From the NCBI GenBank assembly GCA_963778655.1, contig CAVZVA010000012.1:32001-96000 (forward strand): a stretch of 64,000 bases of DNA, given 5' to 3'. Below, one piece after another: positions 26,807 through 36,859 of the stretch. Below the pieces are notes generated by a model. That model was not told where the DNA came from, made no database searches, and worked only from the letters and a program-made list of their open reading frames with translations. The stretch comes from an uncultured delta proteobacterium. GTDB lineage: Bacteria; Myxococcota_A; Polyangia; Polyangiales; JAFGIB01. The position numbers were made by a program, and so were the translations under genes. The first letter of the stretch is position 1. The number at the start of each line of letters is the position of its first letter.

Positions 26807-28015
26807 CTACTCTAGGTCGCACTCGGTCGCGTCACGTGCCTTCGTCGGGGTTCCGGGCACCTTCTTCACCGTGTTGGTGGTGACATGGGGAAAAACATAG
26901 CGACCGAACGTTTTGCCGTCGTCGAGCGAGAGCTCCATCTCCATGAGGATGGTCTGTGAGTACGCCAGATAGTCGAATTTCATCGACTTGTGATGCTTGT
27001 GCTCGGTCGACAAGAGCCAGTAGTCAGCCCAGTATTCGGTCACCCGGGACTTGCGGTCCTCGAAGGGGATATTGGTAACGACGCCCTCGCCGCCGGGAAA
27101 CGGCTCGGTCGTCACCCGCCAATGGATGTGGGCGGTCGGCTTGATCAGCTCGACCGCCTTTTGCAGCGGAAAGTTGGGATTGAGCGCCCACTTCGGATTC
27201 GGGTTCTCGAAGTCGTCCACGGCGTCGAGCTGGTGCGCATAGGGATCGGTCCATGGCGTGCTCGAGGCGCCGGGGGGCGTGGGATCGAGCCGCCGTGCAC
27301 AGGGGTCGAGACACCCCCGGCGCGAGCTGGCTGCCGGCTCTGGGTAGGGGACCGGTGCATCGGGAATGACGGGCGCACCGGGAATGACGGTATTGGAGGT
27401 GAGTCCGCTGAAAGCCGGCTGAAACTCGTCGCGGTCATAGAGGTCGACGCTGCCGAGCGCCAGGACGGAATTGCCGTGCGGCACCGCGATTTGCTTGGCG
27501 ATGGTGATATAGGGCGGCTGGCGTAGCACCTGACCCCCGACGAAAGGGCCGTCATCGTCGAGCTTGTACGGCCCCAGAAGCTGATTCCTGGTGCCGAGAT
27601 GCAGCCAAGCACCGTTCTCTACGTGGACGATCTTGCCGGCCGCCGGCCCCTCCGCGAAGCGGACCTGCTGGTCGTAAAAGACGGCGTGGGAAAACTGGGT
27701 AAAGGTTCCACCACGGTTTGGTGCCCCGGCAATGACTGCCAGCGCCCGTGGGTCTGTGTGCTCGGGTAGGTCTCCATCCTTGGCGCTTCCGTTGAACCGG
27801 ATCGTTTCGGTGAATGCGAAATTCTTCAGGATGAAGCCACCAAATTGCATGGTTCCGTCCGGAGGTCGGGTAACCTGTCGGTCAACCTGTGGCAGCGGCA
27901 TCACGTTGTAGGAAAGTGGTCTTCCGGCGACGGTGAGCTTCTTGTCATTTTGCCATGTGCCGATCAACAAGCATTGAAACATCGCGATGTCGGTACTCTT
28001 TGATGCCTGGGGCAT
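26807..28015 (-). CDS. Putative heme-binding protein (FMP-type peroxidase-like family)
   Basis: YNVMPLP, APNRG, YDQQV, HVENGAWL, VPHGNSVLALG, NIPF, YSQTI, FPHV motifs; ATG at 28015 with RBS GGAG. Confidence 0.65.
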   Translation of the reverse strand: MPQASKSTDIAMFQCLLIGTWQNDKKLTVAGRPLSYNVMPLPQVDRQVTRPPDGTMQFGGFILKNFAFTETIRFNGSAKDGDLPEHTDPRALAVIAGAPNRGGTFTQFSHAVFYDQQVRFAEGPAAGKIVHVENGAWLHLGTRNQLLGPYKLDDDGPFVGGQVLRQPPYITIAKQIAVPHGNSVLALGSVDLYDRDEFQPAFSGLTSNTVIPGAPVIPDAPVPYPEPAASSRRGCLDPCARRLDPTPPGASSTPWTDPYAHQLDAVDDFENPNPKWALNPNFPLQKAVELIKPTAHIHWRVTTEPFPGGEGVVTNIPFEDRKSRVTEYWADYWLLSTEHKHHKSMKFDYLAYSQTILMEMELSLDDGKTFGRYVFPHVTTNTVKKVPGTPTKARDATECDLE

Positions 28016-28491
28016 ATCTGTTTCTCCAATTGGCGGAACGTCGTCCGAGATAGAGGCAGAGCTACGGCTTCCCACGATGGTCGTGCCGGTGCTTCGCCAG
28101 TCTATGAGGCGTCTCACAGTCCGTGACGTTTCGACGATTTGCGACCGCCGCGCGTGCAGCGACGCCCGGATCCCTGCCCCAGATCGATGAGCTCGTACGG
28201 ACCGGCCATCCAGATCCAGCCGTTTCGGCCCGAATTGATTAGAACCTCGCCTGGACCAAACCAGCAAGACTGGTACGGCGGGGACGGCTGCCCCTCTGCT
28301 GACCCGGACACCACGGCCCCCGCTCTTCGCTCGGAGTGAGCGTGATGCCTACGGCGGGATTCGCGCGGTCTTCGCTTGGTTAGATCATATTCGGCGTTTG
28401 CGAACAGGCTTCCGCGCTGTACGGCCGGAACGAGCACTTGGAAGGGGCGGCCGCTGTGCCCGCACAGCTTCATCCCATCCGGGGGCACGTG

Positions 28492-29106
28492 TCACGAGGC
28501 GCGCTGGAAGCGGCATACGACGAACTGCTGTTGCCCGCCGTTCGGCGTGACGTGCACGCGCTCGAGCGCCTTGGACAGCGTGAACCCGACACCCAGCTCG
28601 CGCGCGAGCCCGGCCGCGTCGTACTGCACGACGTCGAGCCCGCTGCAGCGCTTCGGTCCGTGCAGCGAGAACGCCCCGATCACGACGTGGCCGCCGCACG
28701 CGAGGCTGCCGCGCAGGGCGTCGACGTACGCGCGGCGTTCGGCCGCACCCGTCAGGAAATGGAAGACCGCGCGGTCGTGCCACACATCGAAGGCCGCGGG
28801 CGGCAGCCCCGCCGTGATGATGTCCGCCCGCAGCCAGCGCACGCGCGCAGCGCGCTCGCCCAGGCGCGCACGCGCGATGTCGAGTGCCGCCTGCGAGACG
28901 TCGAGGACAGTGAGCTTTGAGTAGCCGGCCGCGAGCAGATCATCGACCAGCGTCGACGCCCCGCCGCCAACGTCGAGTATCCTGGTACCGGGGCTCGCGA
29001 CCTCGCGGATCAATGCCAGCGAGTCCACGAGATGCTCCGCGTACCAGCTCACTGCCACCGGCGACTTCGTCTCATAGACGTGCTCCCAGTGCGCGCGTCG
29101 ATCCAT
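28492..29106 (-). CDS. Class I SAM-dependent methyltransferase
   Basis: HWEHVYETK..VSWY, ILDVGGGASTLVD, DVWHDRAVFHFL, GPKRCSGL. Confidence 0.93.
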   Translation of the reverse strand: MDRRAHWEHVYETKSPVAVSWYAEHLVDSLALIREVASPGTRILDVGGGASTLVDDLLAAGYSKLTVLDVSQAALDIARARLGERAARVRWLRADIITAGLPPAAFDVWHDRAVFHFLTGAAERRAYVDALRGSLACGGHVVIGAFSLHGPKRCSGLDVVQYDAAGLARELGVGFTLSKALERVHVTPNGGQQQFVVCRFQRAS

Positions 29107-29330
29107 GCCGGGAGTCTACTCGGCGGGGACACCTCCAGGGTGGCGGCGGCCTGTCGTTCGCCTCCGGGTGCCGGCCCGCACGGGCTGGGTCGCGCGCGCC
29201 AGAAGCCAGTCTAAGAGGTTGAATGTCCAACGCTTTCGTGGAATGCCCGGCGGACGGCAAAAAAGATCTCGGGGCGTGTCGATCTCGCGAGGGCTCGTTC
29301 GTCGAGTGATTGAAACCCCAAGGAGGAGCC

Positions 29331-29701
29331 ATGAAATACCTGTCGTTCATTCGCCATTCCGAGTCCTATCGCGAGTCCCCCCGCCGCCCGCGTTGATGGA
29401 GGCGATGGGCAAGTTCGTGGAGAAGTCGCTCAAGGACGGCACCGTGGTCGACACGGGCGGCTTGCTCCCGAGCAAGGACGGCGTCCGCGTCCGCCTGGCC
29501 GGCGGGAAGATCACGGCCACCGACGGCCCGTTCTCCGAGAGCAAAGAGGTCATCGGCGGCTGGGCCATCCTGAATGCCGACTCCAAGGCCGAAGCAGTTC
29601 GGATCGCGACCGAGTTCATGGAATTGCACCGAAAGCACTGGCCCGAATTCGAGGGCGAGTCCGAGGTGCGCCCGATGTTCGACCCCGGCATGGGCCCGTA
29701 G
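29331..29701 (+). pseudogene. YciI family protein, frameshifted in a C6 run
   Basis: AGGAGG RBS and MKYLSFIRHSESYRES start. The frame shifts at 29377-29382; the continuation has DGPFSESKEVIGGW. Confidence 0.8.
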
Positions 29702-29723
29702 CGATCGAGCGCGAGCACGATCG

Positions 29724-29893
29724 CTAGAGCACCGAACAGTTTGAAACGTGTGCGAAGTCGCGGTGATGGGGGGATGCAGGGTGCGGGCAGGAGCCCGCAG
29801 GCGTAGCGAACCCTACGTCAAGCGGCGAGTGCTCGTGCCATGCGCCCGCCAGTGCCGTGAATCGTGCGCGTTTCAATCTGATCGGTGCTCTAG
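29724..29893. mobile_element. 170-bp miniature inverted-repeat element, copy 1
   Basis: CTAGAGCACCGA...TCGGTGCTCTAG with ~32-bp imperfect terminal inverted repeats; homologous to 36668-36838. Confidence 0.85.
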
Positions 29894-29928
29894 TCGTTCC
29901 CGTACTGAGAGCGCAAAGGAGAAGAGCA

Positions 29929-30363
29929 ATGCGAGTCATGGTGATGGTCAAGGCCACGAAGGCCTCCGAAGCGGGCGTCATGCCGAGCGAGAAGCTCATC
30001 GCCGAGATGGGCAAGTTCAACGAGCAGCTGGTGAAGGCCGGCATCATGCTGGGAGGCGACGGCCTGCAGCCCAGCAGCAAGGGCAAGCGGGTGCGCTTTT
30101 CCGGCGGTACGAAGAACGTCGTCGATGGACCGTTCGCCGAAACCAAGGAGCTCGTCGCGGGCTACTGGATCTGGCAGGTCAAGTCGATCGAAGAGGCCGT
30201 CGAGTGGGTCCGGCGCTGTCCCGACCCGATGCCCGGCGAGGAATCGGAGATCGAAATCCGCCCGGTGTTCGAGGCCGAAGAGTTCGGCGAGGCGCTCACG
30301 CCCGAGCTTCGCGCGCAGGAAGAGCGTCTGCGTGCCGAGATCGAGCGCCAGCGCAGCTCGTGA
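29929..30363 (+). CDS. YciI family protein
   Basis: MRVMVMVKAT..SEAG, GLQPSSKGKRV, DGPFAETKELVAGYW, EIEIRP. Confidence 0.93.
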   Translation: MRVMVMVKATKASEAGVMPSEKLIAEMGKFNEQLVKAGIMLGGDGLQPSSKGKRVRFSGGTKNVVDGPFAETKELVAGYWIWQVKSIEEAVEWVRRCPDPMPGEESEIEIRPVFEAEEFGEALTPELRAQEERLRAEIERQRSS

Positions 30364-30389
30364 GCTTCCCATAAGCGGCCACTCCTCGC

Positions 30390-33300
30390 TCAGGGCGCCA
30401 GGTCCACCGTGGCCGGTGCCGCGCCGAGCGGCACGACGTAGCAGTCGCGTTCCTTGCTCAACGACCCGCTGGCTGCGTAGGTGCTGACCTGCAGGTCCAT
30501 CGGCAGGGTCTTGGCCGGCTGCTCGACGCGCAAGCGGGCGACGCTGGTGTTGGCGTCCGCGGGAGCCAAGCTCACCTGTACGGCATGGCTCTGCGTGTCG
30601 TAGGTGACGCTCTGGAATTGGCCCGCGTCGAGCGTCAGCCACAGGCCCACCGGCGCGAGATAGACGCGCTTGCGCATCGAGTCGAGCACGGTGACTTGCA
30701 CGCTGGTGCCCGAGACGCTCACGTTGCCACCGAATGCCTGCCAGCCGAAGTCCGGATCGTCGATCAGATAGGTTCCCGTGTTCTCGGCGTGGCCGAAGAA
30801 GCTCAGGCCGTAGTCTCCGCTGACCGGATCCCAGCGCAGCGTATCCGGGAAAGAGTGAAAGGCCATCGACGGGAAGCCGTCCTGATCAATGTTGGTCAGC
30901 GAGCCCATCATCCCTGCGTAACCGATCCGCAGCAGGTAGGTATCGTCGGGATGGTCTCGGAAGTCGCTCAGGAGCACGGTGGCGTTGAGGCTCGAGCCGT
31001 AGTGATGGATCATGCGCTCGAGCCGATCGATCTTGGCCCCACCGTAGATGAAGTCCCAATACCTGCGCGCGCACCCGTTGTAGGCCCAGTGCGGCACCGC
31101 GGGCACGTACGCGGTGACCGCGTCGACGCAGACCTTGGCTTCGTCGGTGTCGCCGAAGTAGCGCGTCCAGTCGTAGACCTCTTCTTGACCGGTGGAATCC
31201 CAGGGCATCTCGCTGCCGAAGGGGTAGCTCTGCGTCTTCCAGACGTTCTCGCGCGCGTGCATGCGGCTCTCGAGATCGTTCGCTTGCTGGGTCAGGCCTT
31301 CGCGCTTCAAGTCGTTCAGGATCTCGAGAAACACCGTGCCGTCCATCAGGCCGTACTTGGCGTAGTCGGTGCCGATCGTGGTCATCGCGACGATCGTCTG
31401 GTACGCCTGGTTCAGATACCAATCCCAGGGGTGGTTCGTCACCAGGCCCGTGTAGTTGCGCGCCAGCCGGTACATGACCCAGTAGAGCGCGGCCACGTGC
31501 GGGTAGTTGTAGGAGCGCAAGGTCTGCAGCGAGTACGCGCGGCTCCAGGCGCCCCAGTACGTCTGCCCCGTGGTCGAGTCGATCCACGGGATGTTGCTGT
31601 CGTAGTACCCCGGCATCTGGGTCGGCTCGTAGTAGAACAGCGAGCGCTTGACGCCGTATTGCTGCGTCCCGTCCTTGTACTGGAGCCCGCCCCAGATCAC
31701 GTTGTCGATGAAGGTCTGATATTGGGCGACCTGAGCCGCGTCGGGCTGCCCGAGCAGCTTCATCGCGCCCGCGAGCCATGTGGCGCCGCCGTCGTCCCCC
31801 AACCCGGCGACCCAGACGCGTCGGTCCTGCGTCACGCTCTTGCCGGCCTCGTGATCATAAGTCATCACCGAGGGGCTGCGTCCGAAGGGATCGCTCGCAT
31901 CGACGTACCAGGCCTTGGTGGTCAGAAAGCTGCCGAGGTCGGAGACGACCTGGCTTGCCGGCTTGGTGACGTAGTAGTGAATGGTCTGCACGGTCCCGTT
32001 CGCGTAGGTCACGCTCAGGCGAGCGCGCCCCCAGGCCTTGCCCGCGAGCGAATAGCTCTTCCATCCGCTGGTGGCCGGCGCCTGGGCCGTCACCGCAATC
32101 GCGTCCGCGGGCTCGACCGCGATCGACTGCACCGGCCACGGGTAGTCGAGGAACAGCTTGCCCTCGAGATCCATGGGCAGCACGTAGCCCGGGATCCCCA
32201 CTGCGACCGGGCGCTGATTCGCGACCAGGACCTGCTCGATGTGGCGCACCTGGTCTGCGAGCACGAGCTGCAGCCCGTAGGTCTTCGACTCACCGGGCGC
32301 GAGGTCGAGCTCGGTCGGCGGGTTCCAGGGCGTGGCGGCGTTCCATTCCTTGTCCGCATACGCTTTGGTATGGACCATCCACTCGAGGAAGCCCTCGAAG
32401 GTCGTGCTGCGCTGGGTGAGATCGCTGAAGATCGCCACCGGGTCCTGGTTGCCGGACTTGGGCGGGCTCCAGATCGGATTGTAGGCCTCGAAGGGCGTGT
32501 TGCCGTCCGGCAACACCAGCAACACGGGACCCTGACCATTGAGCCGCGTGACCTGCACGTAGCCGGCGTCGCGGCCGATATAGGGATCGGCGAACGAGCA
32601 GGTGGCGTGGGCCTGCTCGAGCGTGCGGTTGGTGAGCACGTTGTTGAACACCATCGGCAGGCCGAGCGCTCCCACCTGCACCGCCGTGCTCGACTTGTTG
32701 GTGAGCGTGAGGCGCATGATCAGCCGCCCGCCCTCCGTCACCCACGAGCGGGTGACGCTTAGCGGCACGCTCGCGGGCAATGAGGGGCCGAGGTCTGCGG
32801 CGGCCATCACGCTGCCGGAGGCCGGCATCGCCGTCACCGCGGTGCGCGTGCTCCAGCTGTCGATGTTCTGCCAGTCGCCGCTGCTGCCCGTGCGAACCCG
32901 CAGCGTGATATCGCCGAGCTGCACGTAGCCGGGCCCGGAGCGTGTGGGCCGCAAGTCCGCGGGCGTGAAGTCGAAGCCCGGCGCGACCTTGGGCTCGAGC
33001 GCTGCGATCGTCTGCGAGCTCTTGGTGAGCCGCACGCAGAGCTCGGCCGTCTCGAAATTGAGCGTGTCGGGCGGGGTGCTGCACGTGCCTTGGACCCAGG
33101 GCACGTCGGCTACCGGGCCGACGTTCACGGCCGCGTCGGTGCCGGCGTCGCTCGCGCTGCTACCGCTGCCGCCGCTACCGCCCGCCGTCGTTCCGCCGCT
33201 GCCGCTGGCTGCGGGCGCAGCTCCGCCGGAGCCGACGCCACCGCTGCCGGGAAGCGCGGCGGTGCCAGCGCCCGTGGTCCCCGCCGTGCCGGGCCCGCTC

Positions 33301-33395
33301 ATCGCGTGCCGCCCCGGGCTGGAGCAGCCAACGGCGGCCCCAACCAGGATTGCCACCAGCCCGCACAGCAATCCTCTGCGACCGAGCACACCCAT
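30390..33395 (-). CDS. Large lipoprotein, DUF5695-like putative glycoside hydrolase
   Basis: Lipobox AVGC, Gly-rich linker; RSYNYPH, PFGSEMPWDSTGQE, RRYWDF, IHHYGS.LN, SGDYG motifs. Confidence 0.75.
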   Translation of the reverse strand: MGVLGRRGLLCGLVAILVGAAVGCSSPGRHAMSGPGTAGTTGAGTAALPGSGGVGSGGAAPAASGSGGTTAGGSGGSGSSASDAGTDAAVNVGPVADVPWVQGTCSTPPDTLNFETAELCVRLTKSSQTIAALEPKVAPGFDFTPADLRPTRSGPGYVQLGDITLRVRTGSSGDWQNIDSWSTRTAVTAMPASGSVMAAADLGPSLPASVPLSVTRSWVTEGGRLIMRLTLTNKSSTAVQVGALGLPMVFNNVLTNRTLEQAHATCSFADPYIGRDAGYVQVTRLNGQGPVLLVLPDGNTPFEAYNPIWSPPKSGNQDPVAIFSDLTQRSTTFEGFLEWMVHTKAYADKEWNAATPWNPPTELDLAPGESKTYGLQLVLADQVRHIEQVLVANQRPVAVGIPGYVLPMDLEGKLFLDYPWPVQSIAVEPADAIAVTAQAPATSGWKSYSLAGKAWGRARLSVTYANGTVQTIHYYVTKPASQVVSDLGSFLTTKAWYVDASDPFGRSPSVMTYDHEAGKSVTQDRRVWVAGLGDDGGATWLAGAMKLLGQPDAAQVAQYQTFIDNVIWGGLQYKDGTQQYGVKRSLFYYEPTQMPGYYDSNIPWIDSTTGQTYWGAWSRAYSLQTLRSYNYPHVAALYWVMYRLARNYTGLVTNHPWDWYLNQAYQTIVAMTTIGTDYAKYGLMDGTVFLEILNDLKREGLTQQANDLESRMHARENVWKTQSYPFGSEMPWDSTGQEEVYDWTRYFGDTDEAKVCVDAVTAYVPAVPHWAYNGCARRYWDFIYGGAKIDRLERMIHHYGSSLNATVLLSDFRDHPDDTYLLRIGYAGMMGSLTNIDQDGFPSMAFHSFPDTLRWDPVSGDYGLSFFGHAENTGTYLIDDPDFGWQAFGGNVSVSGTSVQVTVLDSMRKRVYLAPVGLWLTLDAGQFQSVTYDTQSHAVQVSLAPADANTSVARLRVEQPAKTLPMDLQVSTYAASGSLSKERDCYVVPLGAAPATVDLAP

Positions 33396-33584
33396 CCTAG
33401 GGACACAGTGACGCGAGCGTGGGGTCGCGGGTCAGGCAAATGCCTCCCTCAGCCAATACGCGTTACACACGATTGCGCGCGACCTGTGGCCAAAAGTTGG
33501 CTGAGCTAACTATCGCTCCCATAGGCACATCCGATTCTTGCGCTATAACGGGTTCACGGCTCTCCAGCGGAGGCGCACCCATCG

Positions 33585-35423
33585 ATGCAACCCGCCCGCG
33601 GACACTCGACTCGACCTGCGCTTCCGACCAACCGCGCGTGCTGGCCTGTGCTAGCAGGCTGCGGAAGAGCTCCGAGGGAACGGATTTCGAGTGAGGTGGG
33701 TCCGGATGCAAGGCGCGAGACCGATGGAATACTCGCCGTATTTCGAGGGCTCGCAACGCCGCAGCCGGGCCCAGATCGCTCGAAAGGCGCCTCGAGCGGG
33801 TTCTTCCGCAGCCTGCTAGTCGCGCTGCTGATCGGCGCGGTCGCGGGCTGTGCGAAGGACTCGAGCACTTCGCCCCGACCGGGCGCAAGCGTGAACGGGC
33901 CCGGCGCCGTGGGCGGTGCGACCGCTACCGGCGGGAGCGCAAGCCCCATTGCCAGCACGGGGGGCACCGGCGCACCGGTGGTGGGCGGGAGCGCCGGAGC
34001 TGCCATGGCTCCGAACGCCGCCAGCGGCGGGGCCGGGGGCGCGGCTGGAAGCACGATGGCAGCGGGCGGTACGGGGGGCTCGGTGTCGACGGCGCCGCCC
34101 GGGAGCTGCGCGATGAGCGCCGACCGGGTTCGCATCACGGAGGTCGACGCAGGCAGCACGGTGCTGACCGGAGATACCGACCAGACGTTCTTCATGCTCG
34201 CGATCTCGCCCATTCCCTCCGGCGGCTCGCGCCTGGCCTGGCTCAGCGGCGACAACAACGTCCACATCGCGCAGCTCGACGCCAACGACCAGCTCGTCGG
34301 GACACCGTTCACCCTGCGCGCCCACGATTTCAGCGACATCTACGCCGACGACAACGGTGGGGTCCTATTGCTGACCCGCGACGCCCAGGGGGGCGGAAAT
34401 CTCAACTGCGGCGACATCAACAACCTATGCGGGAGCTCCGCCAGCTATCCCACCACGTACGCCTGCTATGACATGTACATGGTGCGGTTCGACGGCAGCA
34501 CCGAGACTTGGGCGACCAAGCTCACCGATTCGAGCGCGACCCGCCCGCCCTACGGTACCAGCCCGATGGAGACGAATCGGACGACCTTCATCTGGGAGTG
34601 GTACGGGCACCACGGCCGCATCGCCTACGACGGATCGCACTGGGCCGGCTACTACGGCTCCTCGATCAGCGGCAGCTCGCAGTCCTTGACCGGAGCGAAT
34701 TGCGCTCAGTCCGACAGCACGCTCACGGTCGGCATCGACATTCACCAGGGCGACCAGATGCGGCTGCTCGATGCCAGCGGCGCGATTCAGATGGGCGGCT
34801 TCGATTGGGGCTGCAGCCACAGCTACTACGAGCGATTGGTCTACGACCCGGCTGCCAGCAAGTTCGTGCAGATTTGCGAGACCGACGCCTCGAACCAGCT
34901 GCTGTTTGCCCCGCCCTCCTACCTCGGCTCCACGCCGATCTACACGATCGACATGCAGCGAGAGATCAACAACTACAGCGATATCAGCGGCATCGTGGTG
35001 GGCACGCAGGGCGGCTACTGGGTTACCGTGAGCAAGTCTCGAGCCAATGCGGCCGGAATGGCGGACGTCCATCTGTTGCATTTCACGACCGGCGCGCCGG
35101 ACAAGGACGTGATCATCTCGAACGACGCCACGCTCAATTGCCGGTCCAATCACCTGGCCAAGTACGGCAGCACGCGGCTGCTGGCGGCATGGGAGACCGC
35201 GAGCGCTGCCAACGACTTCAGCGCGCTGACCACCGGCAAGAAGTTCTACGTTCAGACGTACAGCGCTGCGACCGGCGAAGCCGAGGGCGACCCGTTGCCG
35301 GTGGACATCAACGGGAACCGATACTACGCGTTCAAGGACTATCCCGACGGCAGCGTGGCCTACCCGACGGCCGGCTCGAGCAATACCAAGATCAAGATCT
35401 TGCGCGTCCTGCCCTGCAACTGA
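33585..35423 (+). CDS. Secreted lipoprotein of unknown function (start uncertain, probably further downstream)
   Basis: Lipobox VAGC, Gly-rich linker, globular domain with HHGRI, HQGD and WGCSHS motifs. Confidence 0.7.
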   Translation: MQPARGHSTRPALPTNRACWPVLAGCGRAPRERISSEVGPDARRETDGILAVFRGLATPQPGPDRSKGASSGFFRSLLVALLIGAVAGCAKDSSTSPRPGASVNGPGAVGGATATGGSASPIASTGGTGAPVVGGSAGAAMAPNAASGGAGGAAGSTMAAGGTGGSVSTAPPGSCAMSADRVRITEVDAGSTVLTGDTDQTFFMLAISPIPSGGSRLAWLSGDNNVHIAQLDANDQLVGTPFTLRAHDFSDIYADDNGGVLLLTRDAQGGGNLNCGDINNLCGSSASYPTTYACYDMYMVRFDGSTETWATKLTDSSATRPPYGTSPMETNRTTFIWEWYGHHGRIAYDGSHWAGYYGSSISGSSQSLTGANCAQSDSTLTVGIDIHQGDQMRLLDASGAIQMGGFDWGCSHSYYERLVYDPAASKFVQICETDASNQLLFAPPSYLGSTPIYTIDMQREINNYSDISGIVVGTQGGYWVTVSKSRANAAGMADVHLLHFTTGAPDKDVIISNDATLNCRSNHLAKYGSTRLLAAWETASAANDFSALTTGKKFYVQTYSAATGEAEGDPLPVDINGNRYYAFKDYPDGSVAYPTAGSSNTKIKILRVLPCN

Positions 35424-35548
35424 TCGAACTCAGTCGTTGCCGAGAAAACGAGGCCTGACTCCGCCCACCAGCGGCGGGCCAGTAGGGGGACGGGGACCCC
35501 AAGCCAGGGGACACCGACAAGCCCGGGGCATGTTAGCCTGCGCGCGAA

Positions 35549-36541
35549 ATGCAGGTGTCGATCCTAATGGTTCGCGCGCTGATCGGGGTGATCGAGCGCG
35601 CGGGTGCCAGCCGCGGTCGGTTCCTCAGCCTGGCCGGGATCGATCCGCAGCTGATCGAGGACCGCGACGCGCGACTGCGGGCGATCGACTACGTGCGTGC
35701 GATCGACGCGGCGCTCACCGTCTCGGGCGACCCGGCGTTCGGGCTGCACATGGGGGAGCAGGTGCGTCCGGTCATGTTTGACGTGATCGGGCCCTTGGCC
35801 GAGCACGCCGCGACGCTGCGTCAGAGCGTCGAGACGATCGTGCGCTATGCGCGGCTGCTGGCCGAGGGGTACGAGCCGGAGCTGCATGAGCACGGCGAGG
35901 CCGCCGCGATCCGCTTTCCGTCGCTGAGCGGGAACGTCGCCGCAGTCCGGGTCACGGCCGAGTTCGTCATGACCGCGCTGCTGTCGACGCTGCCCCTGTT
36001 CGCCGGCGCTGGGGCTCGGCCTACGCGGGTGAGCTTCGCCTACGAGGCGCCGCCCTATGTCGCCGAGTACGCGCGCATCTTCGACGGCGTCGCCTGCTTC
36101 GGGCGCGATTTCACCCAGATGGAGCTCCCGCGCGCATGGTTGGACAAGCCGCAGCCGTACCGCAGCCCGGAGCTCTACGCGCTGCTGCAGACGCAAGCCG
36201 ATCGCACGCTCGGGCGGCTCGAACGCGATGCGCCGCTGAAAGCGCGCATCGAACAGGTGCTGGCGAAGGCCGGGCCGCGCCAGCCGACGATGGACGAAGC
36301 GGCCCGCGAGCTGGACATGAGCGCGCGCTCGTTGCGCCGCCGCATGCTTGCCGAAGGCGTGAGCTACGGCGAGCTGGTCACGCGAAATCGGATGAACGCC
36401 GCCAAACGCATGCTCGAGCGTCCGGGCGCGTCGATCCAGGAGACCGCGTATGCCATGGGCTTCGCGACTCCGGCCGCTTTCCATCGCGCCTTCAAGCGCT
36501 GGACCGGGATGACGCCCAAGCAGTACCAAGAGTCCTTCTGA
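35549..36541 (+). CDS. AraC family transcriptional regulator
   Basis: N-terminal GDPAFGL ligand domain; MSARSLRRR and AYAMGFATPAAFHRAFKRWTG HTH. Confidence 0.93.
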   Translation: MQVSILMVRALIGVIERAGASRGRFLSLAGIDPQLIEDRDARLRAIDYVRAIDAALTVSGDPAFGLHMGEQVRPVMFDVIGPLAEHAATLRQSVETIVRYARLLAEGYEPELHEHGEAAAIRFPSLSGNVAAVRVTAEFVMTALLSTLPLFAGAGARPTRVSFAYEAPPYVAEYARIFDGVACFGRDFTQMELPRAWLDKPQPYRSPELYALLQTQADRTLGRLERDAPLKARIEQVLAKAGPRQPTMDEAARELDMSARSLRRRMLAEGVSYGELVTRNRMNAAKRMLERPGASIQETAYAMGFATPAAFHRAFKRWTGMTPKQYQESF

Positions 36542-36667
36542 CGCGGGGCACCGTTGCTGTCCCGTGCGGCCAGCCGCTGCCAAAGGGCGCCCGGTCTGAG
36601 CGATGGCTCGGGCCGCGGCGGGTAAGACTTGGCCGCGATTGAGCATTGGAGAACAACGCGCTCAGCG

Positions 36668-36838
36668 CTAGAGCACCGAACATATTGAAACGTGCGCGAA
36701 GTCGGGGTCATGGCGGGATGCAGGGTGCGGGCGGGAGCCCGAAGGCGTAGTCCATCCTACGTCGAGCGGGGAGCGCGCGTGCCATGCGCCCGCGAGGGCC
36801 CCGAAATCGTGCGTGTTTCGATATGTTCGGTGCTCTAG
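36668..36838. mobile_element. 171-bp miniature inverted-repeat element, copy 2
   Basis: CTAGAGCACCGAACATAT...ATATGTTCGGTGCTCTAG. Confidence 0.85.
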
Positions 36839-36859
36839 GGATGTGTCGAGGTGTGCTGA

